NCBI GenBank assembly: GCA_035540975.1
Contig: DATLFN010000058.1
Span: 463 to 64,462, forward strand
Reading direction: 5' to 3'
DNA: 64,000 nucleotides
From: Acidimicrobiales bacterium
GTDB lineage: Bacteria > Actinomycetota > Acidimicrobiia > Acidimicrobiales > GCA-2861595
Below, in pieces: positions 10,328 through 22,300 of the stretch. Positions within the stretch are counted from its first letter, which is position 1; each line of letters begins with the position of its first letter. The notes under the pieces were generated by a model. It made no database searches, had not been told where the DNA came from, and worked only from the letters and a program-made list of their open reading frames with translations. The position numbers were made by a program, and so were the translations under genes.

Positions 10328-13300
10328 TCAGGGCGCGAAGAGGAACCGGCGGGCCACCATGGCCGCCCGGGCGTCGCCGCCGAACAGCCCGGTCGGGCGG
10401 GTCGGGCACGGCGCAGAGGAAAGGGGGGCCGGCGTCGGCCCGCCGCAGCCGGCGCGGGTCGTGAGGGCTTCCCGGGACCACCCGCCGCCCCGCCACGGCA
10501 CCCGGACCCGGTCGAGCGGCGAGCGCCCGTCGGCGCCGCCTCCGTCGACGGGGGTCGGCGGGCCGGCGGACGGGGCCGGGCGTCGCCCGGCGCCGACCAG
10601 GCTGCTCCGCGCGCCGGCCGTGGGGGCGTGGGGCGCCGGCGCGGTCGCGACCCCGACGGCAGCTCCGCCGACCAGCGGGACGACCGACCGGGGGGCGTCC
10701 CGGCCGGCGGTCGAACGGCCTCCGGCGGGCCGCGCATCGATCGGGCGGTCGCCGCCCGGGACCAGCGGGACCGGCGCGAGCGCCGGCAGCTCGCCCGCGG
10801 GCCCCGGACCGGCGGCAACGGGCCCGGGGAGCACGAGCCGCGTACCGGGCGCCAGCTCGCCGGCCATCACGGCTGGGCCGTCGTCGTGCTCGTACCCGAG
10901 GACGTGGCCGAGCTCGTGCACGAGCACGCTGAGGAGGTCCATCCGGCCGGCGGGCACGGGCGACAACGGGTCGAGGTGCCACCCCCATCCGGCGGCGTCG
11001 GCGTCGAGCAGCACGGTCGTCCCGATGACCTCGGCCACCTTGCCGGCCTGGAGGTCGGCGACCTCGACCCGCACGCCCGAGAGCAGCCCGGCGTCGGCGC
11101 CGGCGGCCACCCACTCCTGCACCGCCAGCGCCAGCACCGGCTCGGCGTCGGCCGCGGACAGCACGCGCGCCGTCGTCCCCGGCCCCGCCGGCTCCGCCGC
11201 CGTCAGCGCCCGCTCGTTGTCGAGGATGGTCACGGTGGCCGAGCCGTCGCCCACGGTGGCGTTGGTGAAGGACGTGACGTTCACGGAGAACGTCTCGGTG
11301 TCCTCCTTCACCCGGTCGCCGATGACCGGGATGGTGAAGGTGAGGCTGGTCACGCCCGGGGCGAAGGTGAGCACCTTGGTGACGGCGCCGTAGTCCGACG
11401 CCGCGACGGCCGAGCCGTCGGCGGTCGACAGCGTGACGGTCACCGTCGAGGTCGACGCCGCCGACAGAGTGACCGTGATGGTCACGTCCTTGGTGTTGCG
11501 GTCCCCCTCGGTCACCGTGGCGTCGGCGACGCTGACGGCGGGGAGGGTGGCCGGCGGCGGGTTGTCGAGCAGGTTGAGCGAGGCCGCCGCCGGCGTGCCC
11601 ACCACGTAGCTCGGGCCGGGCAGGGTGCTCGGACCGAGAGTGACGGTCACCGTCTCGGTGGGCTCGGCGGTGGCGTCGGTCTTCGGCGTGACGACGAGCG
11701 TCATCGTGGTGGAGCCGGCCGAGAACGTCGCCACCAGGCCGTCGGCGCTGATCGTGCCGCCGGCGGCGGACACCGTGTAGTCGGTGCCGAACGTGGCCGT
11801 CCCGCTCCAGACGACGTTCACCTGGAGCAGCACCGACAGGTCGCCGTCGCGGCGCAGCTCGTAGGTGCCGGGGGCCTGGCCCAGCTCGGAGGCCACGTCG
11901 TCGGTGGTCGTGACGGTGACCGTCGGCGTCACCGGCGGGGGCGGCGGGGGCGGGGGCGGGGGCTGGCTGGCCTCGAACTGCGGGTCGTTGGTGCGAATGC
12001 GCCAGCGGTCGGCCGACGCCGTCCCGCCGCGGGCGAGGAGGCCGAAGCGCCCGTCGGCCACCGCCGCGTTGTAGCCGTGGCTGCCGGCGAAGGACCCGTT
12101 CACCACGACGCTGACCGAGGCGCCCTTGATCATGAGCTGCACGGTGTGGTCGGCGCCCGCCGCCAGCACCCACGGGGTGACCTTGTCGATCGTCCACCCG
12201 CCGTTGGGCGCGTGGTGCCCGATGAGGACCTGCTGCCCCGGCACGTCCAGCACCACGAACTTGAAGTCGTCGACGTCGTACTGGTCGAAGACGATGCCGC
12301 CGGTCCCGCCGGTGCGGACGACGGCGGTGAGCTCCAGGAAGGCGTTGGGCTCCAAATTGGTGACGGTACCGTACGTGGCCAGGGCCAGCTCCGACACGCC
12401 GGCCGGCGCCGTGCCCTCGAGGCGGCCCGAGACCGTCGCCCAGTCGGGGTTGGCGGCGAACACCAGCGTGCCACCGTCGAACGTCTCCTCGGCGTCCAGC
12501 GTGGTCGCCGGCGGCAGAACCTGGACCGCCACGTTGTCGAACGTGCCCCGCGCCCCGTTCGAGCCGATGCCGATCATGCCCTTGTTGAGGCCGACCGGCA
12601 TGCCGAACAGCGTCCGGGTGGGGAAGGTGTACGTGAAGTAGGCCGTGCCGTCGACGGTGACCGTCACGTTCGTGCCGTTCACGGCGACGAGCATCTGGTA
12701 GTAGGTGTCGGGCTTGATCTGCACCGGCTGCTGCGCCACCACGTGCCACCCGGTGGCGTCCCGGTAGCCCATCTCGAACTTGTCGGTCGAGATGTTGATG
12801 CCGGCGAACTTGAAGTCGGTGGGGCTGAAGTAGTCGAAGATCACGTAGGCGTTGGCGTTGAAGCCGCCGGTGGGCTTCACCGACTTCACCGACGCCCGGA
12901 TCTCGTAGTACACGGGCAGGTACTGGTCGTGGTTGAACACCGCCACCGCGTCGCCCGTGGTCGTGTTCGACGACACCTGGAGCGTGCCGCCCGAGACGCT
13001 CCACGTGCCGCTGTCGGGGGCGAAGGAGGAGAAGGTGCCGTCGTTGAAGTCGGCCGAGCGCAGGACGTCGCGGTGGCCGCCCGGGATGTTCCCGGCCTGG
13101 GGGTCGGTCGGGCCGCCGGCCTGGTCCTGCCACAGCCCGTGGTCCTGCTGGATGACGAGGCCGATCTCGCCGTAGGGCTCGCCGTGGCGGGCGATGAGCT
13201 CGGGGTCGTCGGCCGTCTGGTCGGCGGCGCGGGTGGGGTCGGCGCCCTGGCTGCGGGACAGCTCGTAGAGGAACTCGAACAGCTGGGGCGGCACCTGGCG

Positions 13301-16300
13301 GCTGACGGTGGCGATGCCGAAGGGGGCGAAGGGGACGATGTAGGAGTTGAACTCGCCGATCCAGTCGATGAGCCGGTCGCCGCCGGTGTTGCCGATGAGG
13401 ACGTCGAGGCCGGCGCCGCCCACCGCCCGGTCCTCGTAGCTCGGATGGGTGTCCGGCGTGTCGTTCGGGCTGGGCTGGATCTTCTTCGGGTGCTTCGGGT
13501 CCGGGTAGTTCGGGTCGTCGGCCCAGGCGACCACGTCGTCGGCGTTGAGCAGGTCGTTGCCCCAGCCGCCCCACAGCGTGTCCTTGCCGGTGCCGCCCAC
13601 GATCCAGTCGTTGCCCAGGTCGCCGAAGATGACGTCGTCGCCGTCGGTGGCCACCGAGTTCATGGCCAGGCAGGCGCCGTTGGGCGAGAACAGCACGCAC
13701 CCGTTCACCAGCGGCCCCTCGGTGGTGCTCCAGTTGAGGAACCAGTTCCAGCCCGAGGTGTTCTTCGCCGCCGTGCCGTTGTCGTTCAGGGCGATGGCCC
13801 GGCGCGGGTCGTACTCGTCGTAGAGGGCGAACTCGCCGACGCGGTCCTCGTTCTGGTTGCTGGTGTGCCAGGCGTCGTTGTCGGCGCCGAAGTCGAGGGC
13901 GTTGCCCCGGTTGTACGGGCGGGTCCAGTCCGAGCGGATGACGCCGGCGCCGTCGAGGCGTTGGGTGTAGTTGGCGTCCATGGCCTCGGCGCCGGACATG
14001 GCGTCGTCGCCCGAGCCGCCGTGCAGGAAGTCGCCGCCGAGGCCGCCGAAGATCACGTCGTCGGAGTTGTTGGCGTCGAACAGCGAGTCGTCGGCCGCCC
14101 CGGTGGGCGTGTGGTTGAACGGCGTGATGTCGAAGGCCTTGGCCAGGGCGCCGCCCACGTTGATGGTGGCCTCCTGGATGTGGCCCGGCGTGTAGATGAG
14201 CTCGTCGAGCACGTAGCCGTCGGTCACCCGTGTGTCGGGATCGCCGATGCGGAACCGGTACACGCCGTAGAGGGGCTCCGAGAGCTGGGTGGTCCAGCAG
14301 TCGGGCTGGTTGTTGGCCTGGGTGCACCCGGTGTTGCGGCTGGTGAGGATGCGGCCGTCGTCGCCCAGGATGCCGTCCGAGCCGGTGCCGCCCGAGAACC
14401 AGTCGGCGCCCCAGCCGCCGACGAGGTCGTCGTCGTCGGCGTCGCCGAACAGCACGTCGTGGCCCACGCCGCCGTACCCGGTGTCGTCGCCCGCCTCGCC
14501 GTGGATCTCGTCGTTGCCGCCGATGTCCCGCAGCCAGCTGTTGCGGCCGGCCGGGTCCTGGAGGGCGAGCACGTTCGAGCAGGTGCTCATGGTTTCGGAG
14601 CCGGCGGTGCTGCACGGGCCGGCGCCCGGGGCGGCGAGGCCGAAGGCCGACGGGTCGTAGTCAGGACCGCCCACGGTGTAGTCGAGGAGGTACACGCCGC
14701 GGACCACGATCTTCTCGGGCCCGTAGTTGTCGTAGTTGAAGGTGACGTAGGCGGGCAGCGACGGGTCGCCGGTCGGGTTGATGTCGATGCCGTTGACGCC
14801 CACGATGCGGATGATGCGGCCGTTGTCGCCCACGATGGTGTCGGCGTCGCGGGCGTGGCGGGAGGCGTCGACGGTAGCCAGCGTGAGGTCCTGGTCGTTG
14901 CGATCGGCCTGGGTGCCCGCACCGCCGAAGATGATGTCGGCGCCGTCCGGCCGCAGGAGCGCCCCGCCGCTGAGCTGGGCCGCCGCCCCCACCTTGCTCG
15001 TGCCCAGGGCGGCGCCGAGGAGGGCGGCGTAGGCGTCGTCGAGGCTGAAGAAGTCGCTGCTGCCGCCGACGATGTCGTCCTGGCGCAGGCCGCCGAAGAT
15101 GACGTCGTTGCCGCCGTTGCCCTCGATGTAGTCCTCGCCGTCGGTGACGGCCTCGAACGACGGCACCAGGTCGAGGTCGCCCACCACGTCGCACACCGTG
15201 CCCACGCAGCCGTCGGGCGTGCGGGAGGCGCCCACGTGCGACGTACCGGCGAAGGCCGAGGCGATGCTGCCGTCGCCCTGGATGATGTCGTGGCCCAGCT
15301 GGCCGAAGATCATGTCGTGGGCCGGGCCGCCGGCGATGTAGTCGTTGCCGAAGCTGCCCGCCGCCTCCGTGCCGTTCTCGATGGCGAAGGTGTGGAACTC
15401 GGCGAAGTCGATCTCGTACTCGGCCCACCAGGGCGCCCCGTCGGGATCGCGGTAGTGGCGCTCGGTGCCGTCGGTGAGGAGCTGGCCGCTGGCATCGGCG
15501 CTCGGGAAGGGCGCCCGGTCGGAGCGGCTGTAGAGCAGGGTGCCGGCGAGGGTCTGGAACCGCGGGCTGAAGAAGTCGTCCTTCAGCAGGCACTTGACGT
15601 TGTCGCCGAAGATCAGGTCGTCCGCCCCGCCGCCGTCGATCATGTCGTGGCCGGCGCCGCCGATGAGGATCTCGGGCCCCGAGCCGCCGAAGATCACGTC
15701 GTCGCCGCCGTTCTGGTAGCGGGCCGAGCACACGGCGACGATCAGGTCCGCCTGCGTGGTCTGGATCCGCTGGAGGCGGGGGTCGGGCAGGTTCGGGTCG
15801 ATGACGTCCATGAGCACGACGCCGTGGTCGCCGAACACCACGTCGATGTACACCCGCTCCGGGCCGCCGAGGATGGTGCCGGGCCCGTTGCCCTCGACCC
15901 GATCACGGCCGGCGTCCAGCGAGTCGGCCACCGGGGACGGGGAGGGCTCGATGGTCGTGCCGTTGTTCTGGAAGCCGACGCCGGTGATGGTGGGCAGCGG
16001 GCTGGCGTTGGCCACCGGGATGTACAGGGCCCGGTCGAGGATGTTGACGTTGATCCCCGAGTCGCCGTACACGTGGTCCACGCCCCGCAGGCCGAGGATG
16101 ACGTCGTCGCCGGAGCCGCCGGCCAGGTGGTCGCCGGCCTGGCTGCCGGTGATGGTGTCGTTCCCCTCGCCGCCGTAGGCGGTGACGCCGATGGTGGGCA
16201 GGGTGCACGAGGCGAGGGTGCACGGCACGGTGGCGAACAGGTTCGAGGCGTTGATGACGTCGTGGCCGGCGTAGGGGTACGGGTCGGCCAGCGGGAAGAT

Positions 16301-19300
16301 CCACTCGTCGTCCTCGTTGTCGCCGTCGGACAGGCGGGGGAACGGGTCGAACGGCTTGGGCCCGAACTCGTAGCCGAGCACGTCGAAGCTGTGACCCGAG
16401 TACCACACGCCGTCCTGCGACGTGTCGCCGTAGAGCACGAGCGGCGAGTTGGGGCCGCCGAGGACGGAGCCGCACGGCGTGGCGATCGCCGGGTTGCAGG
16501 CGGTGAGCGTGTCGCCGCCCACCCGCGGGCCGCCGCCGCCGTCGATCGTCGGGTCGTAGCCGAAGACGGTGAGGGAGGCGTAGGTGGCCGGCGTCAGGGC
16601 GGAGCCGGCCAGCGTCATCTGCGTCGGGGTGAGCGCCGAGATCGTCCACGGGCCGGCGATGCCCGATATCCACACCATCTGGCCGACCTTGAAGCCGTCG
16701 GCCACGAAGCTGCCGCCGTCGGTGCGGATCACGGAGTGCGTGGTGATCTGAGTGGGACCGGTGAAGATCTCCTTCTTCGGGTCGGAGACGTGGACCGTGC
16801 GGGTGGCGGTGCCCGGCGTGAGGGTACCGGCCGTCGCCTCGCCCGGAGCGGTGGTGGGGCCGAGGAACATGACGCTGCCCGTGCCGCACGAGCCGAAGCC
16901 GGTGGTGTTCGGCGGCGGCGGGGGGCAGGTGAAGTTCCCCAACCCGAGGATGGTCCGGGTGCCCGTCTCTCCGCTGACCTGGACGACCTGGCCCACGGCG
17001 TAGCCGTCGTCGCGCCAGTCGAGGCCGTCGTTGCGGGTGAGCGAGGAGGTGGTGCCCGTCGGCGATCCGGACGGGGCACCGTTGGCGGCGGTGGTGGAGC
17101 CGGCGATGTTCAGCAGGCGGTTGCCGCCGCCGTGGATCACGGTGAGGCCGCCGTGGAAGCCGGCCACGTACACCTTCCTGGTCGAGGTGCCGGCGGCCAC
17201 GCTGGTGCTGCCCCGCAGGACCATGGTGGTGGCCGTGAGGTCGACGACCCGCCAGCGCTCGGGCTCCGTGCCGCCGACCAGGACGAGGTGGCCCTCGAGG
17301 AAGCCGTCGGCGATCCACGAGCCGCTGCTCCGGGTCAGGGTGATCCCGATGGCAGTGTGGGCGACCGTGACCGGGATCTCGGCCAGCACCGTCTTGTCCG
17401 TGCCGGTGACCGTCTTGACCATCGAGGCGACGCCGGCCAGGGCTGGCCCGTTCCCGATGAGCATGGTGGTGCGGTCCTGGGAGAACCCGGTGACCGCCCA
17501 CTGGCCGGCGACGCCGGAGATCGTCACCAGCTGGCCGACCAGGAAGCCCTGGGCCTTCCAGTCGAAGCCGGCCTTGGTGAGGCTGCCGCCGGTGGCGCCG
17601 CCGGTGATGGCGATGGTGCCGGTCATCGACACGGGGGAGGCCGGGTCGAGGGTGCCCTGGACGTCGATGGTGTCGTTGCCCTTGCCGCCCAGGAGGTTGA
17701 CGACCTCGATGGTGCTCTTGGCCCCGTCGGTCCGGAACTTGCCGTCGACCAGGGCGATGTTCCCGAAGCTGATGCCGCCGGGGAAGGTGGGCGGGTCGCC
17801 GAACGTGTCGGTGGCGGCGTTGCCGAACGCCAGGTCGCCCGCCGTGCCCAGGCCCTTCAGCGTGGTGGACGTCATCACGCCGTACAGGTCCTGCTGGCTG
17901 GAGTCGTTGAAGATGTTGAGCACGTCGATCTGCTGGCTCTCGGGCGGCTGGGCGCCGACGTTGAACAGGGGGCCGTCGGCCTCGCCCGGCAGCTTGATCC
18001 CGTTCTTGAGCGAGCGGTCGGCGCCCGTGACGCCGCCCTCGACCGACAGCGGGCCCCGCAGCTTCGACACCAGGTGGGTCGAGACCGGGAAGACCTTGAC
18101 GCCCTGGCGGGTGATCGGCACCTCGTAGAACGGGTCGGCGTGCAGGGTGACCGTGCGCTGCTCGTACCAGTCGGTCGGCGTGAAGGTGACGACGGCGCCC
18201 AGGCGCACGACGAGTACGCGGGCGGCGCCGTCGACCGCCGTCTCCCAGGCGGCGTCCACGCCGCCCTCGGCGGTGAACTCCAGGACGTTGTCGCGGGTCT
18301 TGTTGACGCCCCGGATGACGGCGATCTTGAAGTCCTTGCACGCCGTCCGCACGCCATTGGCGTCGAGGGCGCACACCCGCACCCGCTGGCCCTCCAGGAA
18401 GCCGTCGGACAGCCAGCCCGGCTCGGTCGAGTCGACGCCGGAGACCGGGCGGGTGAAGCGGTAGACGTCCACGCTGTCGTCGTTCGCCACCCGGGCGGCA
18501 GTGGCGCCCGGGCCCTCCCAGCGACCGAGGCGGGTGAGGCGGCTGATGGTGGCGTCGGCCACGCCGGCGGCGGCGGCCAGCGGGGCACCGTCGACCGTCA
18601 TCGACTTCCCGTCGGCGCTGATGGCCCCGATGGTGCGGTCGTAGGTGCTGGCGCCGTAGTTGAGCCGGATGAGCTGGCCGACCTTGAAGCCCTCCTCCAT
18701 GAAGGTGCCGAGGTCGCTGCCGTTGGCCCGGGTGATGGTGTTGCCGCTCACCGTCAGGAAGCCCAGGAACAGCCGGGCCGGCACATAGCGGCCGATCTCG
18801 CTGAGGGTGACGGCGACGCCGTCGATCTTCGTGACGTCGGTGGTCCCGTCGGTGAGCACGGCCACGTTCACGTCCGCCGTGGGCCGCTGGGTGAGGCGGA
18901 TCGTGTAGTCGTCGTCGGCGCCGCCCAGCTCGATCAGCGTGCCGGTGCCGCTCTCGATCGGGACCACGCCCGGCGTGTCGTCGTCGATCACCTCGACGTC
19001 GAGCAGCCCGGTGCCGGAGCGCAGGTTCGGGAAGATGTAGCCGGCGTCGGTGGTGGAGGCGTGGCGCACGAAGGCGAGGGCGGCGATCTGCGGGTCCTCG
19101 GCCCGGAAGTCGTCGCCTGCCTGCACCTTGACGAGGACCGGGACGTTCCAGTTGGTCGAGTCGAAGGTGATGCGGGCCACGCCGCCGACGATGGAGAACC
19201 GGGGGTCGGTGGACGACAGGCGGGCGGCCTGGGCGCCGGCGGCGTCCAGCACGATCTCGACCACCACGGTCTCCCCGGCCGGGACCTCCTTGGCCAGCTC

Positions 19301-22300
19301 GACCAGGATCTCGTCGTCCAAGCCGGTGTAGTTGCCGTTGAACGTGCCCGGCTCGATCACGATGGTGCGGCGGTCCTCCTCACACCCGGAGGGCAGCGAG
19401 CAGGAGCCGGGGGTGATCTCGGTGACGTAGATCCCCGGCGTGTCGTTGTCGCGCAGGGTCACCTCGACGTTGCGGACGAGGTAGGCGTCCAGCTCGGGGT
19501 CGTCCGGGGCGATGACGCTGTGCTGGACCACGACCACCCGGTCGCCCTCGGAGCGGGTGTCGTCGACGGCGTACACGTAGACGTACTGCGGCGCCGTGTC
19601 GCCCGGGGCGAAGGTGAGCACCAGGGCCCGCTGGTCGACGTCGACGAACTGGCCGTCGATCCACGCGAAGCGCCGGAACTCGTCCAGCTCGTCGCAGCCG
19701 GTGCCCCCGAGGGTGCTCGACGTGCACAGCCACAGGGTGTCGCCGGGGCCGCCGGTGAGCGGGAACGGGTTGACGAGGAGGTCGTCGGCCTCCTCCTGGG
19801 GCGAACGGGCGGCCGAGACGGTGACGTGGACGGGGCCGGCCATGGCCGCCGCGGCCAGGGCGTTGATGCGCACCGAGTACACGTCGGCCGTGGGCGAGGA
19901 ACCGCCGAAGGTCGGGGCCGGGCCGTTCTCCCGGACCGTGGTGCCCGAGCCGGTCTCCTCGACGATGATGGCGCCCACCGCCGGGACCGACACGTTGGTC
20001 TCGATGCCGTCGGTGGGCAGGCCGTCGTAGCCCGGGTCGCCGGAGGTGACCCAGTGGTCGACGGCGCCGCTGATGCCCTCGAGCTCGCGGGTGATGATGT
20101 CCTCGGTGATGTCGCCGGTGACGTTGATGGTGTCGCTGCCCAGGCCGCCGATCACCCGGTAGGCCACGCCGAAGGCGGTGGACTGCACGAAGAACTCGTC
20201 GTCGCCCTCCAGGCCGTCGACCTCGACGATCTCCAGGTTGGCGTAGCGCACGTTGAGGCCGGCGCCGAAGATCCCCGACTGGGTGATCACGATGTCGTCG
20301 GCGAACTCGGTGCCGAGGACGATCAGCTTGTCGATGCCGGTGCCGCCGTCGACCGAGACCGGAGCGTTGACGTTGTACTGGACCTCGTCCTCGCCGCCGC
20401 CGGTGCGGATGTCGAGCGGGCGGTCGGTGGAGAAGCCGCTGCCGATCACGGGCCGGGCCACGTTGTCGGCGTCCAGCGGGATGACCTCGGCCTGCCACGG
20501 CTTGGAGGCGAGGTCGGCGTCGGCGTTGTTGCAGGTGCCGTCGCCGTTGTTGTCGAGCCGGAAGGTGCCGTCGCCGTTGATACAGGCCGGCGTGGGAACC
20601 CCGTTCACCGTCTTGGAGCCGTTCACCAGCGGGAAGCGGCCGGTGACCAGGTCGGCCTCGAGGGTGACGTCGGAGAGGCCGCACACCCCGTCGCCGTCGG
20701 TGTCGGTGTCGCACACGGCGGCGATGGCGAAGGCCCGCACCACGAACAGGTCGTTGTCGTCGTCGCCCTCCAGGCGTAGCTCGGCCTGGTTCGAGTACAC
20801 GGTGAACTCGTCGTTGCCGGTTCCGCCCTGGACGACCATCGGGGCCGAGATGCCGGGGCTGAGCCAGCCTCGGGTGGTCGGGATGAGCTCGGGGAACGTG
20901 TCGTTCGGCACCAGGACGCCGATCGGGTTGTCCCGCTTGGTGCCGAAGATCTGGCCGATCTGGAAGGTGTCGAAGCCGGCGCCGCCGTCGAGGGTGACGA
21001 TCACGCTCGTGTCGTCGGAGAAGAAGGCGTCGTTGCCGCCGCGGCCGAACACGCTGAGGCGCCCGTTCAGGCCCGTGTCGTAGTTGACCCGCTGGACGAA
21101 GGGGTTGGGGGCGTCGACGTCGCTCGGCCCGTCGAAGCGGTGCTCCTCCAGCGGGCCGTGGAGCAGGACGACGAACCCGGGCCGGTCGGCGTCCGCCGCC
21201 GTGGGTGAGGTGCAGCCGTAGGCGGCGTCCAGGGCGTACGGGCTCTCGGTGTCGATGCAGGTCACCCGGCGCAGCAGGAAGACGTCGTCCGTCGGGTACT
21301 TGGTCACCATGGGCAGCTGCGACGGGTCGTTGCCGTTGAGCGTCGAGTTCCTCCCGTACATGGCCAGCTCGTCGACGCCGTCGTCGGGTGCGCCGGTGTC
21401 GAGCACGTTGATCACGTAGTTGCGGTCCGGGCCCTGGCTGCCGGTGGTCCAGATCTCGTAGAAGTCGGTGTCGGCCTGGCCGTCGAGGGTCAGGGCATGG
21501 CCGGCGCCGTTCGGGTAGGCGGGCGAGCCCTTCACGTCGGCCGTCTGGAGGAAGTAGACGAGGAAGCGGTCCTCGCCGTCGTCGCCGGCGGAGTCGAGGT
21601 CCTGGCTGCCGTGGACGTCGGTCTTCGAGCCGATGAACACGTAGCCGCTGGCGCCGTGGGTCTCCAGGCCGCCGCCGGCCAGGGCCGGGTCGCCGCCGGT
21701 GTCGCCGAACTGGAAGGTGTCGGCGTCGGTGTGGCCCCAGATGTTGGTGGTCTGGCCCGTCACCGGGTTCACCGTGGACGGCTGGCACGAACCCATGGGG
21801 TCGCCCGTGGTCAGCACGCAGTCGGCGATGATGCGGCCCCGCAGCACGGCGGTGGCGCCGAAGTGCTCGTCGAGATCGGTCAGCGGGTCGTGGGCGGCGC
21901 TGGCCGCGTCGATGTAGATGTCGATGCCGCGGGCGGCCAGGACCTCGCTGTTCTGGTGCAGGTCGACGTCGTCGCCCACCCGCAGGAGCACTGAGCCCTT
22001 CTCGGCGAAGATGCGGGCCCGGGTGATGAGGCGGGGGGCGTCGGGGTCGTTGCCCGGGAGCCGGGTGCCGCTCTCGGCGAAGCGGGCCGAGCACGACGAG
22101 GCCACGGTGCAGCCGAGGAGCACCAGGTCCTCGTCGAGGTCGGGCGTGGTCTCCCGCACCGTCAGACGGATGTCGCCGTCGTAGGTGTGGGCCAGGGCCA
22201 GGCGCAGCGTCGCGTCGGTCTCGGTGAGGTAGATGCCGTCGGTGGCCTCCAGGGCCACGTCGCCGGTGCCGCAGCTCGGGCTGACGGCGCACGAGGAGTC

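Noticed and set aside
10331-11170. Sortase (LPXTG/LAXTG) or type-1-secretion C-terminal signal
   Set aside because: LAPGT/LAPGH occur after each zinc motif but do not match LAxTG. No hydrophobic-plus-basic tail follows them. No T1SS genes are adjacent, and the protein has an N-terminal signal peptide.
11933-11962. G-rich tract (encoding Pro10) as a slipped-strand phase-variation switch
   Set aside because: It is not a homopolymer (runs of up to 5 G interrupted by C), and it lies 11.9k codons into the gene, where on/off switching would be odd. It is more simply a polyproline hinge.
10265-20779. 3,504-aa plus-strand ORF, and likewise 32673-40058, 38894-42352, 40071-41846 and 42638-48361 on the plus strand
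   Set aside because: These have the same shadow-frame explanation. They overlap each other in different frames, lack starts with ribosome-binding sites, and have arginine/glycine/aspartate-rich nonsense composition.
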